Source: Utricularia gibba | Lineage: Eukaryota; Plantae; Magnoliophyta | Reading direction: 5' to 3' | DNA length: 64,000 bases | Assembly: GCA_002189035.1 (NCBI GenBank) | Contig: NEEC01000008.1 | Coordinates: forward strand, 2,914,001 to 2,978,000 | In this document: in pieces, positions 57,821-64,000 of the stretch | Position numbering within the stretch: position 1 is the first letter of the stretch | Layout: each line of letters starts with the position of its first letter | Translations under genes and position numbers: made by a program | The notes under the pieces: model-generated | The model's database searches: none | Seen by the model: only the letters and a program-made list of their open reading frames with translations | Told to the model about the DNA's origin: nothing

Positions 57821-59344
57821 CGCCAGTCAATAAACTCGACCACTTGTTGGGTGCCGATCTTCAACCCCGCCCCTGTCAAAGAGAGTCCCCAATTTCACAC
57901 ACCAGAAGAAGTGGGTTTAGGAGTTCAATGAAGAGAAGGTAGCACCACAGCGTCTATGAATGATTGAGTCAACAGGAAGGCGTCGTTCTCCAGTAAGAGT
58001 CTTTTTTCTGCTTTATCAAGAAACAGCACCCACACGTCTTTGAAAAAATTGTCACAAATAATTGGTACGGACTCATATAAATTATTAGTTTTTAGAATCA
58101 TGTTTATAAAAATTACAAAGTTTTTTCCAACTCATTATTCATATTTTCCAAGTTACACATTTTCCAAACATATCCTTTCAAATAATATCATTTTCCATAA
58201 GTTTTATTTAATTCTTTTTTTTCTTAGACAAGAAAAAATAATATCATTTATCCAATAAGTTTCCAAATGCAAACAAGTTATGTACGGTAAAGCTTTTTTT
58301 ATATATATACAAAAATGATTAAAACCCCAATTATTTCAAATGATAACTACATTTTTGTGTTGTCGCACTGAAATCAAGCACAAAAAATAAAAAACATTAA
58401 TGTATTAGTAGTCTATTAAAATCAACTATCACAATTCTACTCCTACGCAGAATTCTTTTCCATTCTATTAACTTTCTTTACACTTCCGCGCTTCTTAAAA
58501 ACCGTATTAGCGATGCTTATACTCTAACATGTAAAAACAATTTGTAAAAAGTTTGCATAAAAGAACTAGATTGTGTACTTTATGAATTTGGATATTTAAT
58601 GAGACATATTAAAAATTTACTTCTATCTAATATCAGATTGAATCCATATTTTCTCTCAATTTTTTTTGCTATTTTCATCGCATTATTGTGTCTAAGAAAA
58701 TTGTGTTTTCTGTTTTGTTTTCCAATTATGATTCTTCTTTTTTCTCTTCTTTAGAATTTTTTTGGGCTTAATATTATAAATTTAAAAAATACACACTAAT
58801 CATCTTTACATCAAATTAAACCCCTAAAAAATAATTTTTATGCCACTTTCTACTTACTAATCAAACATATTTTTTCAAAACATCTCTTTATTAAAATATA
58901 TGGACTTTCTTATTCATATATTTCTATTAAAATATTTTCTCATGTATCAACTTTACGAAAACAAACACATTGTTAAATAAAACTTAAATTGTTAAGAAAA
59001 TCATATGACCATATATAGTTTTTAGATCATATTTTCTTGTATGGCAATTTGTAAAAAAAAAAATTGCAGCTAACTTTTGTAAAAGCGGTAAATGAAGGAT
59101 GATGGTTTTTAGAATAAAATAAACATGTTGATTAGGAAAATGATTTTGAATTTATATTAAAAATGAAATGAGATAGTATATAAATATATATTTTGGAATC
59201 AGAATTTGTGGATCAAATCATTTTGAAGCATTGAAAAATCAAACAATCAATAAATCACTGATTTTTTGCTTCTAATGAATATGTAGAAGGACTTGTACAC
59301 TACAACAATTATTTCCCAATCCTCATTTTTGTTAGTTTCCTTTT

Positions 59345-59618
59345 TATTCTTCTTCTTCCTCCAACGTCAATAACTGCCATCAACCACAAGAGAGAAGCCC
59401 TCATCTGCCCATTCATACCTCCTTTCTCTTAAAATTTTCTTGGCTGATCTAATGGTAGAGGCTCCGCAATCCCATAACTGAATTGACGATAGCGTTGTAA
59501 TATTACATGTAATATCACAAATATTGCTACTATCACTTATTTCAAGAGTTAGTAGCTGGGGAAATTGCTCTTCTTCCACTTTCAAGGACTTGAGACCATC
59601 TGCACAATTAATCACTAA
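59345..59618 (-). pseudogene. NLR-4 remnant: last ~85 codons of the LRR, with its 3' flank (58693-59340)
   Basis: GLKSLKVEEEQFPQLLTLEISDSSNICDITCNITTL...RERRYEWADEGFSLVVDG is near-identical to the NLR-1 modules; similarity stops at TAA 59616-59618. Confidence 0.9.
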
Positions 59619-60837
59619 GGTTGTGTTTGGTAATAAGGATAAAATAGAATATTCTAATATGTAGTATAATAATAACACGTTTAGTAATCTAAAGTAAATT
59701 TTTCTGGGATACTTTTTTCATTTCTATAAATCATAAAATTATCTCCATCAAAACATTTCCTTAATTTTATACCTAATATATGAATAAATTTTTGATTATG
59801 AAAAGTCTAAAATACCCATAAATACATCTACATATTAAATTAAATTTGGGGGAAAATTATTTTTCAACTATAACGATTTTGTTTCCCCCCAACCTGCGAA
59901 TATCTCCCTCCATCTACGAAATTTCTTCCTCAACCTATGAAATTTTCTACATCAACTTGCAAAATTTGGATTGAAGACCCATTGTTGGGTCTCAAATTCA
60001 GGTAATTGAGGTTCATGTTTTGACTGTTCGGCAGCACAACAAAGTATTCAATCAGTGTCCCACTCATTTGGAGACATCAAAATTGAAGTATAATAGTTGA
60101 GATGAATGAATAATTTCTTTAATTATTTTTTGCACTGTTCTTGATGTGTGTACGCATAAACATGTAGTCTCTCATGCATTAATTATTATATGTGATGAAT
60201 TAATTGTAAAAACCCAAAGTTTTTTTTAATGGAATCGATTGATGAGAATGCTCAATTATTACTATTGGCACATTTGCTGCAAAGGAATTTCGAAATTGCT
60301 CATATTATTATGTTGCTCCGACTACGTTCTCATGGTTCAAGACATCAATGTCGATATAAATTAATTAGCAACATAAACAACACAGCTTTGGAGGAACTGA
60401 GGATGAATTGGAATGTCTTTGGACGAATGTGTTGTCTACTTCTTAATTATGCAAGGTTTCGTGACTCCTCTATCCACTGTTAATAATATCCTTGAAAACG
60501 ATAATAAGAATACGTCATTCTTCAACACTCCACCCGCGTTTCGATTTCAATTGACCATTGTTGATCTCTATGTGGGACATGCTCATTTCGCACAAAAAAT
60601 TGGAGAATTATTGAAAAGTTGAAGCCAAGAACCCTACTTAGATAAAAAAAAATATATAAAAAGGTAAAAATATGTTTGTTCAAAATCTTTAAAAAATAAT
60701 CAAATATATATCTACCAAACAACTTATTCCAATCCACAAATTACATACTACCAAATATAATGTACACTTATAGAAGGAATAATTTTTATTTGATATAAAT
60801 TATACAAATAGTACTAAAATCATTACCAAACACGGCC
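59619..60837 (+). mobile_element. Non-autonomous PIF/Harbinger element, 1.2 kb, with a transposase N-terminal remnant
   Basis: TIRs GGTTGTGTTTGGTAAT (59619) and ATTACCAAACACGGCC (ending 60837) match at 14/16; flanks are TAA and TAG. Internal 60229-60620 encodes ELRMNWNVFGRMCCLLLNYARFRDS, similar to the recalled Harbinger N-terminal ELRMDRNTFGRLCxLL...LxDS motif. Confidence 0.8.
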
Positions 60838-60922
60838 TAGAGATTCCACAACACTTTATTCATTTTATTTCATCGTTTCCTTTCATTTTTGTACATCGAA
60901 GCTGCTACAGGAGGGTATTTAT

Positions 60923-63080
60923 CTACCATCGGCAAATCCCCGGCGCCTCCATCCGCGATAGAGCCACCATCTCGTCGTACTTGGAAGCATATACGAAACC
61001 CCATAGCTACAAGATGGAGATAAAAGGGAATCAATAGGATCACCATCTCGATGTCATTCCCAATAAAGCAGCCTTTGTATACCTCAACCTCCTTCACTTG
61101 AAAATCCTGAGACTTGGCCAAGCAAGGGTTTCCGTACGTCTCTGAAGACGAGCTTGATCCACTTAATCTATACAAGCCAGGTTGTGAGTAGAGTAACCTC
61201 ACCACATGAGCTGTTATTTCAGGAATAACCATGAAAATGCAAGGCTTACAGATCAGAGTCCAGATACAGCGCGAAATGGCTGCCTCCACCCAAGGCCAGG
61301 TAGTCCACCGAACACAGTGTAAAATACCGATTTATACCTGTTCAACTTTGAGAATATAAAGACCACTGGTAGAGACAAGATTAAACGCAGGAAAGTTGGA
61401 GCTTGGTTAGAATTAGGCAACTCCTTTATCATTTACTATTATGCTTCCTCACTCGCAGCCTGATGACTTTGGCAGGTCAGATGCGAGCGATGAAAATAAC
61501 AGTTAGTAGTAACCTGTTGGACGAAATATTTGAGGCTGCCCAGATGTATTCGAGAATACAAAGGAGGTATTTGTTCCCTGTGATGCTTGCAAGTTGAGCA
61601 TGTCGCAGATAAAATGTCACTCTGTATCAAATGATCGATCATCAATTTGTTACCTGGTACCTTTTCTTGTTTGTTGGATTCAAAGGAGCCTCAACTAACC
61701 CTCCAAAAACAGCACCTTTACAGTCTCCCACGACCTAAAGAGAAGATGGCAAAAGAGAGAGAAGTGAAGGAACATTATCTCTATAGCTACTCCTAAACGA
61801 AGAGATGAATCACAAAGAGGATAATGCAAGAAGGAAAATCAACTGGTATTTGAGATCATGAGAAGTCACTGGCCTCAATCAAAAAAGGATAATCGAAAGC
61901 ACAACTGCAGCCGAAGCATGCAAAAATGATCATGTAGAGAATGAGATTACCAACAGACTGAGGCCAGGCCAAAGCGTGCTTCTTCGGTACAAGGTCGAAA
62001 GTGAAATACCATGCCGAAAAGTGCTGAAAGATACCATAAAAAGGAATTACAAAACAGGCATGCTGTGGGACATGATTGCTAGATACCTGTACAACAACAT
62101 CCATTTTCGGCCTTGGACAATCACAGGTAGAGCAGAATAAAGGAAACCCCGAGTCTTCTCTGAGAGGAGCGCTGAAGGTTCAGAAATTTCAGGAAGATTT
62201 TCAACCGGTCGACTCTCAAGCTCCTTCAATGTCTGCATTGCGATGCCCTCTTCCTCATTGATCTCGCAGACACCGTCGGAACTACTCTTGGAGTGTTGAT
62301 GATGGAAACCGCCTACCTTAGCTGCTTGATGCCACACTTTTCCCAGTGCTCTCCTGCCCCTGGATAAGATATCTGACCTCTTCTTCGTCACTACTGCTTC
62401 TAAAGATTTCATCAACTCATCATCACTCAGAACAATATCTTCCTTAGGTGCTTTCGTGTCAGGAGATGCCAAGAGGGAATAGAGGAATGCAGCAAAAGAA
62501 GATGTATCAGGACCATCAACAGTGTCCTTTGCACTCTCATCAGTTTGGCTTTCTCCACATTCATCCTGATCATCATCCTATACAAAACATCTATGGACAC
62601 AGTTATCACATGGATTCAAGACAAGAACCATTTCCAACGTATCCAACAACAGAGAAGAGATGAAATTAAAACCATTCACTACAAACACTTCCTGCTTCTC
62701 GTTACTATACACAGACACTCTGGTTCGGGGTATTGATTGAGGAAGCATTAGCACGAATGATATAAGTGACAAGCAATTACGCCTAAGGCGAACAGAAGTA
62801 CAGAAGAGTGGTAGAAAGAATAAAAGATCTCCATCGCTATCGCATCATAAGAATAAGAACACCCAACTGGGAGTCTAAGGAAAATGGAAACCAGATAACC
62901 ATAAAAATAAAACGTTCTTCAGAAGAATTTCACCTGCGTAGGAACAGTGTGCGGTCGGTCCGACATGGGATTGAGTAGAGCGGTGGAAAGCCCGGATACA
63001 AATTGGACTGCTCTACTCTTCAAGGACTTGTGTTGCTGGACGGTCTCCGCCTTCAGTTCCCCCTGCCGCTTTGTCTCCAT
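60923..63080 (-). CDS. TLDc-domain (oxidation resistance, OXR-like) protein, 8 exons
   Basis: METKRQ...KSLKSRAVQFVSGLSTALLNPMSD|...GPDTSSFAAFLYSLL...GRKWMLLYS|TFRHGISLSTLYRRS...|VVGDCKGAVFGGL...|INRYFTLCS..LALGGGSHFALYLDSDL|LSGSSSSSETYGNPCL...EVE|LWGF. Confidence 0.92.
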
Positions 63081-63440
63081 TGCTGGTGCGTGATTACTAA
63101 GCTAAACGCTTCCGAAATGCAGCGGCGCATGACGGTATGTGCGATACACTCGGGAACATTTTTAGGTTTTCCGGCAATTTTACCCAACCAATTCCACTGT
63201 TTTCACAAACCAGGGAAGAAGGAACAGCCAACCGGTTACGAGGCAGCAATCAGCATGCCCGGTATAATAATTTATTTTCATTATTTAAAATATCTATTTA
63301 TTTTTATTTTATTTTATTTTATTTTTGTAGGTGCACCAAAATATCTAATGAGAAATTCTGGAAAATTTTATTATGAGGTCGTTTTTTCGCGGGAGGTTTT
63401 GGAAAATTTATAGCCTGTGAATTGGTTTAAATGACGTCGA

Positions 63441-63484
63441 AAACCCTAAAGCTGAACCCTGGGTTGCAATTGGTAAAACCCTAA
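63441..63484 (+). promoter_or_regulatory. Two telo-boxes upstream of PRMT11 in the divergent TLDc/PRMT11 promoter
   Basis: AAACCCTAA at 63441-63449 and 63476-63484; a TGACGT core lies at ~63432. Confidence 0.65.
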
Positions 63485-63518
63485 CGGCCAACTCCGAATT
63501 CCCCATATCTTCGGTACA

Positions 63519-64000
63519 ATGGACCACGGCCACCGAAAAGCTCCCACAGCAGTTGGCCAATCTTCGAAAATCAGGTTCCAGTGTAACGACGAAGATGAAG
63601 CTGATGCCGTTGAGGAAGTAGCCACCGAGAGCTCCAATCTAGAGGAGGACTCTACTATGTCAGAGGCCGGAGATGATAAGACCAGCGCGGATTATTACTT
63701 CGATTCATATTCACATTTCGGTGAGTTGCTTCTCTGGATTGCCGTAATGTCAATTTATTCCTCGACAAGATTTGATTTTTCTGGTTGTTTCTTGACTTTG
63801 CTGCCGAAATTGTACTTCAGTGATTGGTTTTGAATGGATATGGTCTTTTTATTGGTTTTGAGATCGAAAAAGATGGTTGTAGTTCTCTCCCTTTTCGATA
63901 ATGTTTGGCAGCATGCTAGGGAAAACACCGAGTGGTCTCACATTCTCATTTTCTGTTTTTAATTTTCAGGAATCCATGAAGTAAGTATTCAGTTAGAAGT
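63519..64000 (+). CDS. PRMT11: Protein arginine N-methyltransferase 1 (PRMT11/12), first two exons; continues beyond the right edge
   Basis: SKIRF...DDKTSADYYFDSYSHFG|IHE|, with a GTGAGT donor at ~63722, mini-exon ~63971-63980 and a GTAAGT donor. Confidence 0.92.

Noticed and set aside
60229-60483. 84-aa ORF as a novel small gene
   Set aside because: It is explained as a decayed Harbinger transposase N-terminus inside the TIR-bounded element.

Overview
Eukaryotic plant nuclear DNA, probably an asterid (inferred from R1/NRC-sensor-type NLRs). The genome is compact: short introns (mostly ~65-150 nt), about one gene per 3.5 kb and five head-to-head gene pairs. Positions 1-44.5 kb hold housekeeping genes: 2-Cys peroxiredoxin exon 1, a DNE1-like NYN-LOTUS RNase, RPL24, DONSON, FLX-like, RHF2A, WDL/TPX2, Fra a 1-associated protein, UBP12/13, tRNA-Arg(CCT), a Cand1-like 7TM protein, GBA2, FRS11 and a Lines-like gene. 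Positions 44.5-60.8 kb form an accessory island of three near full-length CC-NB-ARC-LRR genes, three LRR fragments and a PIF/Harbinger derivative. A TLDc gene and the start of PRMT11 follow. The most striking observations are: (1) the NLRs carry a Cys-rich segment with two CxxC motifs right after the MHD motif, and two or three tandem copies of the LRR C-terminal cap; (2) NLR-2 is a mosaic of NLR-1 and NLR-3 sequence; (3) a Harbinger element cuts a fourth NLR copy exactly at its target site; (4) the DNE1 paralogue has three LOTUS domains. Caveat: six reading-frame breaks in five genes can each be repaired by adding one base, five of them in a G/C or T homopolymer run. This pattern suggests consensus errors rather than true pseudogenes. 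Family assignments come from recalled motifs; no database search was run.
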